This document shows positions 48,970 to 58,953 of a DNA stretch of 64,000 bases, piece after piece. Source of the stretch: Minisyncoccota bacterium (GTDB lineage Bacteria > Patescibacteriota > Minisyncoccia > Phycocordibacterales > JABMNX01); assembly GCA_965222715.1 (NCBI GenBank), contig OZ244961.1:140609-204608 (forward strand), written 5' to 3'. How positions within the stretch are numbered: position 1 is the stretch's first letter; each line of letters opens with the position of its first letter. The notes below the pieces were generated by a model. That model was not told the origin of the DNA and searched no databases. It saw nothing but the letters and a program-made list of their open reading frames with translations. The position numbers and the translations under genes were made by a program.

Positions 48970-49121
48970 TTTCGGTGCCCGGGACGGGAGTCGGTGTCAG
49001 CTCACTAAGCGTTATGCGCTAAGTGGCTCCTACCCGGACTCACTCGCTATCGCTCGTTCCGTCTTTCGACTCCCTTGAACCAAAATTAAAACACTGACCC
49101 TCGCCAGTGTTTCAATTTCGG
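48970..49121 (-). repeat. tRNA 3'-associated structured element (Leu-TAA copy)
   Basis: Same core as the Arg copy on the minus strand; 24-nt duplicate 48970-48993 of 49116-49139. Confidence 0.9.
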
Positions 49122-49202
49122 TGCCCGGGACGGGAGTCGAACCCGTATCCTAGAAGGACCCGATTTTAAGTCGAGCGCGTATACCAATTCCGCCACCCGG
49201 GC
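49122..49202 (-). tRNA. tRNA-Leu(TAA)
   Basis: Acceptor GCCCGGG/CCCGGGC; anticodon arm CTCGA-CTTAAAA-TCGGG. Confidence 0.95.
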
Positions 49203-49240
49203 AATAAGCAAAGCTCTCACGTATTGGAGAATTTTACTAG

Positions 49241-49312
49241 AGGCACGGGCGGGAATCGAACCCGCGCATCGCGGTTTTGCAGACCGCTGTGTTACCACTT
49301 CACCACCGTGCC
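49241..49312 (-). tRNA. tRNA-Cys(GCA)
   Basis: Anticodon arm GCGGT-CTGCAAA-ACCGC; U73. Confidence 0.96.
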
Positions 49313-49508
49313 AAATTTTAATTAGTCTATCACGATTCCCGCCCGTCTCGGGCGGTCTCGATCCTTACAGGATCAGTACAGGTTGTCGATATTTTACTTC
49401 GTCCCTCATAAAATATCTGACAACCTTTTTCGACGCTACGCAATCTCGCGTCTCAACCCGCGCATCGCGGTTTTGCAGACCGCTGTGTTACCACTTCACC
49501 ACCGTGCC
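49313..49508 (-). repeat. tRNA-Cys 5'-associated element with a 54-nt exact partial tRNA copy
   Basis: 49455-49508 identical to 49259-49312; inverted 14-nt copy of the tRNA 3' part at 49333-49346. Confidence 0.9.
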
Positions 49509-49519
49509 TTTTTATTTTC

Positions 49520-49849
49520 TTACTCTTCTATTTCTCGAGAAATATCATCAATATGTTGTCGATGTTTTTCTCCAGTATCAATTTCAAACTCAACAAAAGG
49601 AATTCGTTTAGAATGCATCCGTTTTTTTAGATATTCCTTGAATTCACTCCGTTTTCTTCGTGCAAAATGTAGCGCCTGAGTCTCGTGTGTTTCCGGATAG
49701 ACGGTAAAATATACCGTTGCTCGTTTAAAGTCTTTTGAGATACTCACATTCGTTACTGTAATAAGTGATACACGGTTAGACTCTCGACTTAAAAATTCAG
49801 CCGCTACCTCTTGTATGTGTTTTGATACCTGATCACTTCTCTGCGACAT
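49520..49849 (-). CDS. rbfA: Ribosome-binding factor A
   Basis: 'LITVT.V.IS.D...A.VY', 'KRIP..EF..D.G'; downstream of infB. Confidence 0.9.
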   Translation of the reverse strand: MSQRSDQVSKHIQEVAAEFLSRESNRVSLITVTNVSISKDFKRATVYFTVYPETHETQALHFARRKRSEFKEYLKKRMHSKRIPFVEFEIDTGEKHRQHIDDISREIEE

Positions 49850-49855
49850 AGTATC

Positions 49856-51367
49856 TTACTTTTTTACCAGAATAAAGCTCTCAACGATATCTTTTGGGGC
49901 GAGTTCAATACGTGAGTCAATTTGTGTTCCGAACTCGTTTCCTTCTTCGACTGTTTTTGATTCAGCTTTTTGCTGCTGAAGTGTAAGAATAGTGCCGGTA
50001 CCAATACGGTTGCCACGTCGTGAAATGTGCACAGTTGTTCCTACTTTTAATACTCCAGAATCAACCCGACCGCCAACAACTTGTTTGTTTTTTGTTTTAC
50101 TAAACACTTTAAGAATGGTCGCACTACCAGTTACCTCCTCGGTCTCTACTTTCGGTGCCTCAGACTGTACCTTCTCCTCAAGCCATTCAGTAAGTTTATA
50201 AATAATGTCAAAAATATGTGGTTCGATATCATTTCGTTGAGCCAAATCACGTGCAGCTGAATCAATACCTACGTTAAATCCAATGACTAATGAGTGTGGA
50301 CTTCCTTGTGCCGTTTTAATGTCTCCTTCGGATATATCACCAACATTTTTCTGTACTATTTTTATATCAACACGGTCGTGATGTATTTTCCCAATTTCAT
50401 GCTCTATTGCTTCAAGAGAACCGAGTACATCCGCACGAAGAATAATAGGAACTTGGATAGTGTCAGCATCCTCTTCTTCAGATACCGTGTGTGGTGCTTG
50501 CGTAGATACTTCAGGCGCTTGGTGTGCTGCAGCTTCAGCCTCGGCCTCTTTTTTTGTACTGTACACAGTAAAATGATCACCTGCATGTGGAACAGAATCA
50601 AATCCCACAATTCGTATTGGACTTGAGAATGTTGCCTCATTAATAGCCTTACCAGTAAAATCTTCCATTATACGGACTGGTGCAACACTTCCACCAGCTT
50701 GAACAAACATCCCTTTTTTAAGTGAACCATTTTTAATTAAGAGTGTTGCGGAGATACCTTTTTTAGTATCACGGTGTGCTTCAATAACAACTCCTTGAGC
50801 TGCTTCATTAGTATCTCCAGTAAGTTCAGAGATGTCAGCGACCAGCAAGATCATATCAAGTAAGTCATCAACTCCTTCTCCGGTTTTTGCAGAAATTGGT
50901 ACGAATGGTATGTCACCACCCATACCTTCAAGATATATCTCATTCTCAAGAAGATTGGTCTTTGTACGTTCAACATTCGCCTCTGGTCGATCAATTTTGT
51001 TTATTGCCACAACTGTAGGTATGCCGCTTTCCTGTATCGCACGGAATGCTTCAAGTGTCTGTGTTTTTACACCCTCTTCTGCAGATACTACGAGGATTGC
51101 AATATCAGCGACCTTGCTTCCGCGTGAGCGCATTGCTTTAAAAGACTCGTGCCCAGGAGTGTCGAGGAAGGTAATACGCTGTACTCCGTCTTTACCTTGG
51201 TGCTCTACCTCATATGCTGAAATATGTTGAGTAATACCACCAGCTTCCTTTTCTACAACATTTGTTTTTCTGATGTAGTCAAGGAGTGCTGATTTACCAT
51301 GGTCAACATGTCCCATAACCACAACAACTGGTGCTCGTTTTTCTTTCTGTGCGTTCTCTGTTGACAT
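49856..51367 (-). CDS. infB: Translation initiation factor IF-2 (no N-terminal domain)
   Basis: 'VMGHVDHGK', 'EAGGITQHI', 'DTPGHE.F..MR.RG'. Confidence 0.97.
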   Translation of the reverse strand: MSTENAQKEKRAPVVVVMGHVDHGKSALLDYIRKTNVVEKEAGGITQHISAYEVEHQGKDGVQRITFLDTPGHESFKAMRSRGSKVADIAILVVSAEEGVKTQTLEAFRAIQESGIPTVVAINKIDRPEANVERTKTNLLENEIYLEGMGGDIPFVPISAKTGEGVDDLLDMILLVADISELTGDTNEAAQGVVIEAHRDTKKGISATLLIKNGSLKKGMFVQAGGSVAPVRIMEDFTGKAINEATFSSPIRIVGFDSVPHAGDHFTVYSTKKEAEAEAAAHQAPEVSTQAPHTVSEEEDADTIQVPIILRADVLGSLEAIEHEIGKIHHDRVDIKIVQKNVGDISEGDIKTAQGSPHSLVIGFNVGIDSAARDLAQRNDIEPHIFDIIYKLTEWLEEKVQSEAPKVETEEVTGSATILKVFSKTKNKQVVGGRVDSGVLKVGTTVHISRRGNRIGTGTILTLQQQKAESKTVEEGNEFGTQIDSRIELAPKDIVESFILVKK

Positions 51368-51406
51368 AGTAGTTTTGTATAAATAGTGTGCGACATGCGT
51401 ACCCTT

Positions 51407-51886
51407 TTACTTTAATGCTTTTCGAGCTTTTTCAATTGCTTCTTTTTCTTCATCAGTGAGTTCGTGTGTTGAAGCAAATGCAGTAACTGGTTTTGAGAAG
51501 AAACTCATACGATCACGTGCGTGAAGTGTTGAAATCACCACACCATCTCCTTTTTCATTAACAAAAGCTGTTGAGAAGCTCTGGTTTCCTCCAGCACCAG
51601 TACCTTTAAAGGGGTTAAATCGAATTGTTTCAACACCTTGGACGCTTCGTGAGAGGCGTTTCTCTACTCGAGTAAGATATTCCTCCACTTCTTTTCGAAA
51701 TGCGTGGAGTTCATCGTGTCCATCTTTGATAGTCATGATGGTGCCCTCAAGGCTTCGTGCATTCTTGCCTGAAAGGAGTCTTCGTACCTTAAGCTCGAGC
51801 CGAATACTCCATAAGAGAAACAGCAGCACTAATACACCAAGAGCGTATACAACATATTCTATTGGAATTGATCCAAGCGCTTCCAT
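51407..51886 (-). CDS. DUF4446 family protein
   Basis: TM helix, 'RFNPF...GGNQSFS.A.....DGVVIS', 'LT.EE.EA'. Confidence 0.82.
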   Translation of the reverse strand: MEALGSIPIEYVVYALGVLVLLFLLWSIRLELKVRRLLSGKNARSLEGTIMTIKDGHDELHAFRKEVEEYLTRVEKRLSRSVQGVETIRFNPFKGTGAGGNQSFSTAFVNEKGDGVVISTLHARDRMSFFSKPVTAFASTHELTDEEKEAIEKARKALK

Positions 51887-52015
51887 AATGGGGTAGAGTA
51901 ACGTTACGTGCAGCATGTACGGCGACAGCTCGTACATCTAATACAAAAGCCATTATACATCTGAGCGAGGCTTTTGCAAAAGCACTCCAAATAGTAGAGA
52001 ATTGTCGATAATTCA

Positions 52016-53212
52016 ATGAAACATATATTTAAGAAAAAAAGAATATATTTAGACTATGCGGCAGCAACCCCACTTGATCCTCGTGTCTTTAGAAAAATGA
52101 AGCCATATTGGCATACCTACTTTGGAAACCCTGGGGGAATACATGCAGAAGGGGTGTGTGTACGAGAAACTCTTGAGCGATCTAGAGAAGCTGTTGCACG
52201 CAATCTCTCTGTTAAAGCAAAGGACATTATCTTTACTTCTGGTGGTACAGAATCAAACAACCTAGCACTGATGGGGTATATTTCTTCGTTCTCTACAAAA
52301 GAGGATCCTACAAATATTCATGTTCTAACGCTTGCGACAGAACATCCATCAATTCTCGAAACGTGTAAGCATGTAGAAAAAAAAGGAGTATCTGTCACGT
52401 ACCTTGAGGTAAATGAAGAGGGGATTGTTACTCCTCAAATGGTGCGAGAAAAACTTACCCCACAAACACGTCTTGTATCAATAAGTTATGTAAATAGTGA
52501 AATTGGAACAATAGCACCAATTCGTGACATCAGAAAAGTAATACGAGGGTATGAGAAAAAAGAAGGGACTCGCATTGTATTTCATACTGACGCAAGTCAA
52601 GCGCCACTTTATTTTGATTGCAGTCCAGAACATCTCGGTGTTGAGTTACTGACACTCGATGCGCAAAAAATATATGGACCGAAAGGTGTGGGGGTACTTT
52701 ATAAAAACGCGCATGTAGATCTTGAACCAATTATGTATGGGGGGAGTCAGGAGAGTGGGATGCGGCCGGGTACAGAGAATACACCGCTCATTGTTGGTAT
52801 GAGTGAAGCTCTACATTACGCCTGTGAGGATAGGGAAGAAGCGTACGCTCAGATGAAAGAACTACAAGAATATTTTCTTAAGGAAGTTGAGTCACACATT
52901 CCGCGCGCTGTACTTAATGGGAGTCGTACAGAGCGTTCGCCAAATAATATTAATATTTCAATTCCGCACATCGATAGTGAATATCTCGTTGTTGCTCTTG
53001 ATGAACATGGTATAGCAGCAGCAACAAAAAGCGCATGCCTTGGATATAGTAAAAAGGGTTCATATGTTATTACATCCTTAAAAAAGGGTACTGATTCAGA
53101 AGATAATGCACTACGTTTTTCAATGGGAAGAGAAACAACTAAGAGAGATATTGATCGAGTCATCTCGGTGCTTGTTCGTGAGATAACAAAACTTGACAAA
53201 GTAAAATTCTAG
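52016..53212 (+). CDS. Cysteine desulfurase (IscS/NifS family)
   Basis: 'YLDYAAATP', 'FTSGGTESNN', 'QKIYGPKGVG', 'SAC'. Confidence 0.93.
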   Translation: MKHIFKKKRIYLDYAAATPLDPRVFRKMKPYWHTYFGNPGGIHAEGVCVRETLERSREAVARNLSVKAKDIIFTSGGTESNNLALMGYISSFSTKEDPTNIHVLTLATEHPSILETCKHVEKKGVSVTYLEVNEEGIVTPQMVREKLTPQTRLVSISYVNSEIGTIAPIRDIRKVIRGYEKKEGTRIVFHTDASQAPLYFDCSPEHLGVELLTLDAQKIYGPKGVGVLYKNAHVDLEPIMYGGSQESGMRPGTENTPLIVGMSEALHYACEDREEAYAQMKELQEYFLKEVESHIPRAVLNGSRTERSPNNINISIPHIDSEYLVVALDEHGIAAATKSACLGYSKKGSYVITSLKKGTDSEDNALRFSMGRETTKRDIDRVISVLVREITKLDKVKF

Positions 53213-53317
53213 TGTTAATTTCTCGTTTAGGTGACGCTTCAATGTGTCTCGTTCTCTGTACGTGAACGTCTGTTTTTTCTTGCGAGTGCGCTACGGTTTC
53301 TGTATCATAGTAGTATT

Positions 53318-54220
53318 ATGGATATTGAGCATCTCACAAAGTCCCAGATAGTGCTCCTCACACTACTTGTGAGCTTTGTGACCTCAATTGCAACCGGTAT
53401 TGTGACTGTTACACTCCTTGACGAGGCGCCCCCAGTGGTGACGCAGACGATTAACCGTGTGGTTGAACACACTGTTGAACGAGTGGTCCCCGGAGAAACT
53501 CAAACAGCAACAGTAGTGACCAAAGAGAAAACCGTTGTAGTGAACGAGGATGACCTCATTACTGAAGCAATTAATAAAAATCTCGATAAGATCGTTCGCA
53601 TCTTTATTGCAGCAGAGGAAGGAATGGTATATCGCGGTGTTGGGGTGATTGTTTCAAAAGATGGAGTCGTTGCTGCTGCAACGGATCGTGCCGTTGTCTC
53701 TGGTGGTTCAACATTCTCAGTTCGACTATCAAATGGTAATGAGGTCGAAGGTACCTTAGTTGAAGATACGAGTGAGCGACCAACAGCACTCTTGCGACTT
53801 TCGTTTACAGAAGAGGGTGGAGTTATACCAGGAAGTGTGAAGTATGCGGATATAAACACGCTCAAACTTGGTCAGAGTGTACTCACACTCTATGGTCGCA
53901 ATAGGACCAGTGTTGCAGCTGGTATTATCGCTGGACTTGATGAAGAGGAATCAGAAGTACCAGTAGAAGAAGCTGTTGAGGGTGAAGAACAACAAGAGCC
54001 TAAGGTTGTCTCAGTTCTTACTGCTGTTGAGACAAACATTAATGCAAGTAATATTGAGCGCGGTGGAGTACTCCTCAATTTGTTTGGAGATGTTGTGGGG
54101 ATAAGTACTCGAGAAAGTCGTCTCCATGGACAATCTCATTTCACACCAATACAAGTTGCACAATCTCAGATAGTTGCTCTTGCTGCAAAAGAAGCTGAAA
54201 CTTCTGAAGAGGGGCAGTAG
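53318..54220 (+). CDS. Membrane-anchored trypsin-like (HtrA-like) protein, catalytic residues absent
   Basis: 'L.LGQ.V', 'GG.LLNL.G.VVGI' fold motifs; His and Ser positions substituted. Confidence 0.75.
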   Translation: MDIEHLTKSQIVLLTLLVSFVTSIATGIVTVTLLDEAPPVVTQTINRVVEHTVERVVPGETQTATVVTKEKTVVVNEDDLITEAINKNLDKIVRIFIAAEEGMVYRGVGVIVSKDGVVAAATDRAVVSGGSTFSVRLSNGNEVEGTLVEDTSERPTALLRLSFTEEGGVIPGSVKYADINTLKLGQSVLTLYGRNRTSVAAGIIAGLDEEESEVPVEEAVEGEEQQEPKVVSVLTAVETNINASNIERGGVLLNLFGDVVGISTRESRLHGQSHFTPIQVAQSQIVALAAKEAETSEEGQ

Positions 54221-54252
54221 TAATTAATTATATAGATGCTCTATAGTTAGCT

Positions 54253-56964
54253 ATGACACCATTTAATAATTTCACAACCAAAGCAAAAGAAGCAGTGCGT
54301 AAGGCGCACGAGCTTGCTATTGAACGTGGAGAGAATCATATTAATCCACTTCACTTACTTGCTGCACTTGTCCTTCAAGAGGAGAGCATGGTGCTTTCAA
54401 TTCTTGAGCGAATGGATATTGATACTATTTTATTTACTGACACGCTCCTTGAATCAATTGAAGGCGGTGAAAGTGGTGAGACCATTTCACCATCACACCA
54501 ACTCTATCTAACACCTGAACTTGCACAAGTACTTGAAGGTGCAACAAAGGTTGCTGAGAATTTCAATGATACTCGTGTCTCCACAGAACACCTTTTTATT
54601 TCAATTGTTGATACGCCTGGGCCGGCGGCGCAAGTACTTGCACAATTTCAAATCAATCGAAATGCAGTATTAAATGTATTTAATGAGCTCCGTGATAGCG
54701 ATGATCCCGATGTATTACAACCAAAACAAAATCGTGCTCTTGGTCGCTACACCAGAAGTCTCACAAAACTTGCAGCGGAAAATAAACTTGATCCTGTTAT
54801 TGGGCGCGATAGTGAGATCACTCGCGTGATTCAAATTCTTTCACGTCGTACAAAAAATAACCCAATTCTTATTGGTGAAGCGGGTGTAGGAAAAACTGCT
54901 ATTGCAGAAGGTCTTGCGGCGCGTATGGCAAGTGGTGATATTCCTGATTCTTTAAAAGATAAAGAATTGGTTACCCTTGATTTAGGAATGCTTATTGCAG
55001 GCACAAAGTATCGTGGAGAGTTTGAAGAGCGATTGAAGTCAATTATGAAAGAAGTAGAGCGAGCCGAAGGGAAAGTCATTCTTTTTATTGACGAATTACA
55101 TACGCTTGTAGGTGCTGGTGCGGCAGAAGGGGCAATGGATGCATCAAACATGTTAAAACCTGCCCTTGCGCGGGGTGAGTTGCGTGTGATTGGCGCAACC
55201 ACATTAAAAGAATATCAAAAATATATTGAGCGAGACGCCGCGCTCACTCGTCGGTTCCAACCAGTGCATGTATCTGAGCCATCCATTGAAGATGCTGTCG
55301 CTATTTTACGTGGTTTAAAGGAAAAGTATGAACTTTTTCATGGTGTGCGTATTACTGATGACGCCATTATTGCGGCAGTGACACTAAGCACACGATATAT
55401 TTCTGATCGTTTCTTACCAGATAAAGCGGTTGATCTTATTGATGAAGCAGCGTCTTCGCTCCGCATTTCACTTGAAAATAAACCGCCAGTCCTTGAAGAA
55501 ACACACCGAAAGGTGATGCGTCTTGAAATTGAAAAAGAGGCGCTTCGCAAGGAAGCTGAAGCGGGCGAGAAGAAAGCAAAAGATCGTATAAAGAAAATTG
55601 AAAAAGAGATATCTGATCTTAAAGAGAAGACTTCTGAGCTTGAATTAAAGTGGACAAATGAAAAAGAAGTACTTGGAGAAATTAAAGTACTCAAAAAGAG
55701 TTTAGAAGAGCTGCGCATTGAAGCAGAAGCAGCTGAAGCAACAGCTGATCTTTCTCGTGCTGCTGAGATTCGCTATGGGAAAATTCCTCAACAGGAGAAA
55801 GAGCTTGAATCAAAAATGAAGAAGCTGAAGAAGTTACAGAGCTCACGTCGAATTCTTAAAGAAGAGATTACTGAGAGTGATATTGCAGAAGTGGTCTCGC
55901 GTTGGACGAATATTCCTGTTGCACGAATGCTTGAGGAAGAAGCTGAGAAGTTGGCACGTATGGAAGAGGAACTCAAAGAGCGTATTGTTGGTCAAGATGA
56001 GGCGGTGAAGCTTATTTCTGACGCGGTGAAGCGCTCACGTGCTGGTATTTCTGACCCACATCGCCCAATTGGCTCATTTGTATTCCTTGGGCCAACAGGA
56101 GTTGGTAAGACAGAGTTAACCAAAGCTCTCACTGAGTTTCTCTTTGATGATGAATCAGCTCTCATTAGGGTTGATATGTCTGAGTATATGGAGAAGCACT
56201 CGGTATCTAAAATGATTGGCTCACCTCCAGGGTACGTTGGTCACGAAGAGGGTGGTGCACTCACTGAATTGGTTCGACACCGACCATACTCAGTACTCCT
56301 TTTTGATGAAATTGAAAAAGCACATCCTGAAGTCTTTAATATCTTACTTCAAGTGCTTGATAATGGTCACTTGACTGATGCAAAGGGACGAAAGGTAAAC
56401 TTTAAAAACACGGTGATTATCCTCACATCTAACATTGGCGCTGAGTACATTGACCGTATGACCAAGTTTGGTTTCTCAAACTCTGAAGATTCTGAGGCAA
56501 CACAGTACGAAGAGACAAAAGAGAAAGTACTTCGTGCTCTCCGAGATAACTTCCGACCAGAATTTATTAACCGACTTGATGAAATTGTTATCTTTGACAT
56601 TCTCTCGCCTGAAGCAATTAAAGATATTGTGGGTATTCAAATTGATATTGTGAAAGAGCGACTCTTGCGCAAGGAAATCAAGCTTACTGTATCAAGTGAT
56701 GTGCTCTCATACCTTGCTAAAGAAGGGTATAACCCACAATATGGTGCACGTCCACTGAAGCGGCTTATTCAGTCAAAAATTCTTACACCAATTGCCAATA
56801 TAATGGTCTCGCAAGGAATTATGGAGGGTGGTTCAGTCTCAGTTGATATAAAGAAAGGTGGGGAAGAAGGAGAATTTGATTTTACTGTCAAGAAAAAGCG
56901 AGCACGTACAACTCGGAAAGCGCAACCAACTAGAGTAAAAAGAAAAGCAGTTGCGTCTAAGTAA
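54253..56964 (+). CDS. clpB: ATP-dependent chaperone ClpB
   Basis: Two AAA+ modules ([16 protein letters not shown]) with a long coiled-coil middle domain. Confidence 0.93.
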   Translation: MTPFNNFTTKAKEAVRKAHELAIERGENHINPLHLLAALVLQEESMVLSILERMDIDTILFTDTLLESIEGGESGETISPSHQLYLTPELAQVLEGATKVAENFNDTRVSTEHLFISIVDTPGPAAQVLAQFQINRNAVLNVFNELRDSDDPDVLQPKQNRALGRYTRSLTKLAAENKLDPVIGRDSEITRVIQILSRRTKNNPILIGEAGVGKTAIAEGLAARMASGDIPDSLKDKELVTLDLGMLIAGTKYRGEFEERLKSIMKEVERAEGKVILFIDELHTLVGAGAAEGAMDASNMLKPALARGELRVIGATTLKEYQKYIERDAALTRRFQPVHVSEPSIEDAVAILRGLKEKYELFHGVRITDDAIIAAVTLSTRYISDRFLPDKAVDLIDEAASSLRISLENKPPVLEETHRKVMRLEIEKEALRKEAEAGEKKAKDRIKKIEKEISDLKEKTSELELKWTNEKEVLGEIKVLKKSLEELRIEAEAAEATADLSRAAEIRYGKIPQQEKELESKMKKLKKLQSSRRILKEEITESDIAEVVSRWTNIPVARMLEEEAEKLARMEEELKERIVGQDEAVKLISDAVKRSRAGISDPHRPIGSFVFLGPTGVGKTELTKALTEFLFDDESALIRVDMSEYMEKHSVSKMIGSPPGYVGHEEGGALTELVRHRPYSVLLFDEIEKAHPEVFNILLQVLDNGHLTDAKGRKVNFKNTVIILTSNIGAEYIDRMTKFGFSNSEDSEATQYEETKEKVLRALRDNFRPEFINRLDEIVIFDILSPEAIKDIVGIQIDIVKERLLRKEIKLTVSSDVLSYLAKEGYNPQYGARPLKRLIQSKILTPIANIMVSQGIMEGGSVSVDIKKGGEEGEFDFTVKKKRARTTRKAQPTRVKRKAVASK

Positions 56965-56992
56965 CTTTTAAGTAAGTAGAAGTCTCACAAAA

Positions 56993-57018
56993 AAACACCA
57001 AGAGTACTCTTGGTGTTT
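56993..57018. repeat. 26-bp palindrome family copy
   Basis: AAACACCAAGAGTACTCTTGGTGTTT (perfect). Confidence 0.85.
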
Positions 57019-57030
57019 TTTATAGCTTAT

Positions 57031-57285
57031 TGGTGGGGGATTTGGCGCCAGTTCTAAACTCACTCTGTTCGTTAAGAACTCGCTGCCCCGTCGTTCAAAT
57101 CACTCTCGGTAGGAAATTTATGATTCCCTAGGCGTCAGCTCACTAACCTCAAAATAGTTTTGTTAACAAAACTATTTTGAGGAAGTGGCTCCTGCCCGAG
57201 CTCGCCGTCGTTCGTTCCTCACGACATGGCTCCGCTTCACAAAACGCAGAAAACCAGACGCAGGTCTGGTTTTCTTGCAGTTTTG
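57031..57285 (-). repeat. Composite tRNA 3'-associated element (Tyr copy, two modules)
   Basis: Core GGGCAGGAGCCACTT-hairpin-TTAGTGAGCTGACGCC, then a second module GATTTGAACGACGG...CTGGCGC-CAAATCCC. Confidence 0.85.
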
Positions 57286-57369
57286 TGCGCCGGGAGGGAT
57301 TTGAACCCCCGTAGGACTAAGTCCGTCAGATTTACAGTCTGATGCAATTGACCACTCTGCCACCGACGC
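57286..57369 (-). tRNA. tRNA-Tyr(GTA)
   Basis: Acceptor GCGTCGG/CCGGCGC; anticodon arm TCAGA-CTGTAAA-TCTGA; long variable arm. Confidence 0.95.
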
Positions 57370-57403
57370 ATTTCACATTCCGTTATATATTTTAGGACGT
57401 TAC

Positions 57404-57467
57404 GGACACGTCCGTCAGATTCTTAACATTATTGGTCTGAAGCAACTAACCACTCTGCCACCGACGC
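57404..57467 (-). pseudogene. Partial tRNA-Tyr copy with replaced anticodon loop and no T arm
   Basis: GCGTCGGTGGCAGAGTGG...TCAGAC-caataatgttaag-AATCTGACGGAC. Confidence 0.8.
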
Positions 57468-57577
57468 AATGTGGCCTATTTTAGCCTGTTTGTCCTGTTT
57501 TCTCAACCCTTCTGTAACAAGATTTATACAACTATACAACTTGTATCATTGTTTTCATCAAGCTACTATTAGGTGTA

Positions 57578-58411
57578 ATGAAATACGTACTTGCACTTGC
57601 TGTTCTATTTGTACTCATTGGGGGTACTTTTTTGCTATTGCCGGATGCGACTTTTGCACAATTCGATAACCCATCCCAAGGTACTGCAGTCCCTGGGGGC
57701 AATACTTCTTCTGGTTTAACGGAGAGAGTGGGGGGTGGAGGACTAGTGCCATGTGGAGGTCCAGGGCAAGACGCGTGTACCACATGTCACGCACTTCAAC
57801 TTGCACAAAATGTTGTTGAGTTCATTGTGCAAGTCTCATTTGTGATTGCTGCACTTCTGTTTGCCTACGCAGGCTTTCTCTTCTTTACTTCCTCTGCAGT
57901 TGACTCCATTTCAACAGCAAAAAATATTTTTACCAATACCGTTGTTGGTATCATCATCATTCTTACTGCTTGGCTCTTAGTAAATGTACTTCTTCATACA
58001 CTTACCGGTAAAGGAGTTAACCCTTTCACTGAATTGTTGTGTGACATAACTGAGCAACCCATACGAAACAATGCAACGAACAATTCAATAAACACTACCG
58101 GGGGCACAGCTAGTGGTGTGAGTACGGAAGGTGTTTCAGAAAATGATTCAGAGATAGATCCACTTCAAGATGCGCGAGATCGTGCAGCAGAAATACAGGC
58201 TGAACGTGATCGACAACTAGAAGAAGAGCGTCAGGCAGCAGTTGAAGCGGGGGGAGACCCTGACGAAGTGCCGTTGGTCAATAAATGGTTTTTTAGAACA
58301 CAGACAGGTCCACAAGGAGAAGAGGTGGGGCCTTTTGATTCGCAACCAGAATGTGTAAGTCGTGCAATTGCTTCAGGGGTAAATCCATTTTGTTACGCAA
58401 AATCAATCTAG
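57578..58411 (+). CDS. Pilin-like membrane protein with Cys motifs and C-terminal extension
   Basis: Signal peptide; 'LVPCG...CTTCH'; two TM helices 'YAGF...AK.IF..TVVGIIIIL.AWLLV'. Confidence 0.75.
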   Translation: MKYVLALAVLFVLIGGTFLLLPDATFAQFDNPSQGTAVPGGNTSSGLTERVGGGGLVPCGGPGQDACTTCHALQLAQNVVEFIVQVSFVIAALLFAYAGFLFFTSSAVDSISTAKNIFTNTVVGIIIILTAWLLVNVLLHTLTGKGVNPFTELLCDITEQPIRNNATNNSINTTGGTASGVSTEGVSENDSEIDPLQDARDRAAEIQAERDRQLEEERQAAVEAGGDPDEVPLVNKWFFRTQTGPQGEEVGPFDSQPECVSRAIASGVNPFCYAKSI

Positions 58412-58461
58412 TTTGACTCGGTAGTACCTATCATGTATAGTGGTCAAGCAATTTTCTATAT

Positions 58462-58620
58462 ATGTCACAAGATAGATTAATAAAACTCGCGTGCCAGGAA
58501 TGTAAGCGTATTAACTACTGGTCAAGCAAAAATAAGAAGCTTGTTGAGCGAAAGATTGAGCTCAAGAAGTACTGTAAATGGTGCAAGAAGCAGACAGCAC
58601 ATAAGGAGATGAAGAAATAA
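58462..58620 (+). CDS. rpmG: 50S ribosomal protein bL33, zinc-binding form (not in ORF track)
   Basis: MSQDRLIKLACQECKRINYWSSKNKKLVERKIELKKYCKWCKKQTAHKEMKK; followed by tRNA-Trp. Confidence 0.95.
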   Translation: MSQDRLIKLACQECKRINYWSSKNKKLVERKIELKKYCKWCKKQTAHKEMKK

Positions 58621-58701
58621 GATACTCCTACCAAACCTGTAAAAACTGCGTAGCACCTACGCAGTTTTTACGTTATAGTGTTGGGACTTCTATAGAGTAT
58701 T

Positions 58702-58772
58702 GGGCCTATAGTTCAGTGGTAGAATAACGGTCTCCAAAACCGTCGACCGAGGTTCGAGTCCTCGTGGGCCCG
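58702..58772 (+). tRNA. tRNA-Trp(CCA)
   Basis: Anticodon arm ACGGT-CTCCAAA-ACCGT; G73. Confidence 0.96.
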
Positions 58773-58953
58773 CAATGATACAAAACAATAGCGTTTAGCT
58801 ATTATGTTGTAACTATCATTTCGAGGATTCAAGTGGACTCGAAAGACGGAGCCGAAGGCGAGTCCGGGCAGGAGCCACTTCCTCAAAATATTTTATGTTA
58901 ACAAAAGTATTTTGAGGTTAGTGAGCTGACGCCGAGTCCTCGTGGGCCCGCAA
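58773..58953 (+). repeat. tRNA 3'-associated structured element (Trp copy)
   Basis: GGACTCGAAAGACGGA...GAGTCCGGGCAGGAGCCACTT-hairpin-TTAGTGAGCTGACGC, then a 21-nt copy of the tRNA 3' end (58933-58953). Confidence 0.9.
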
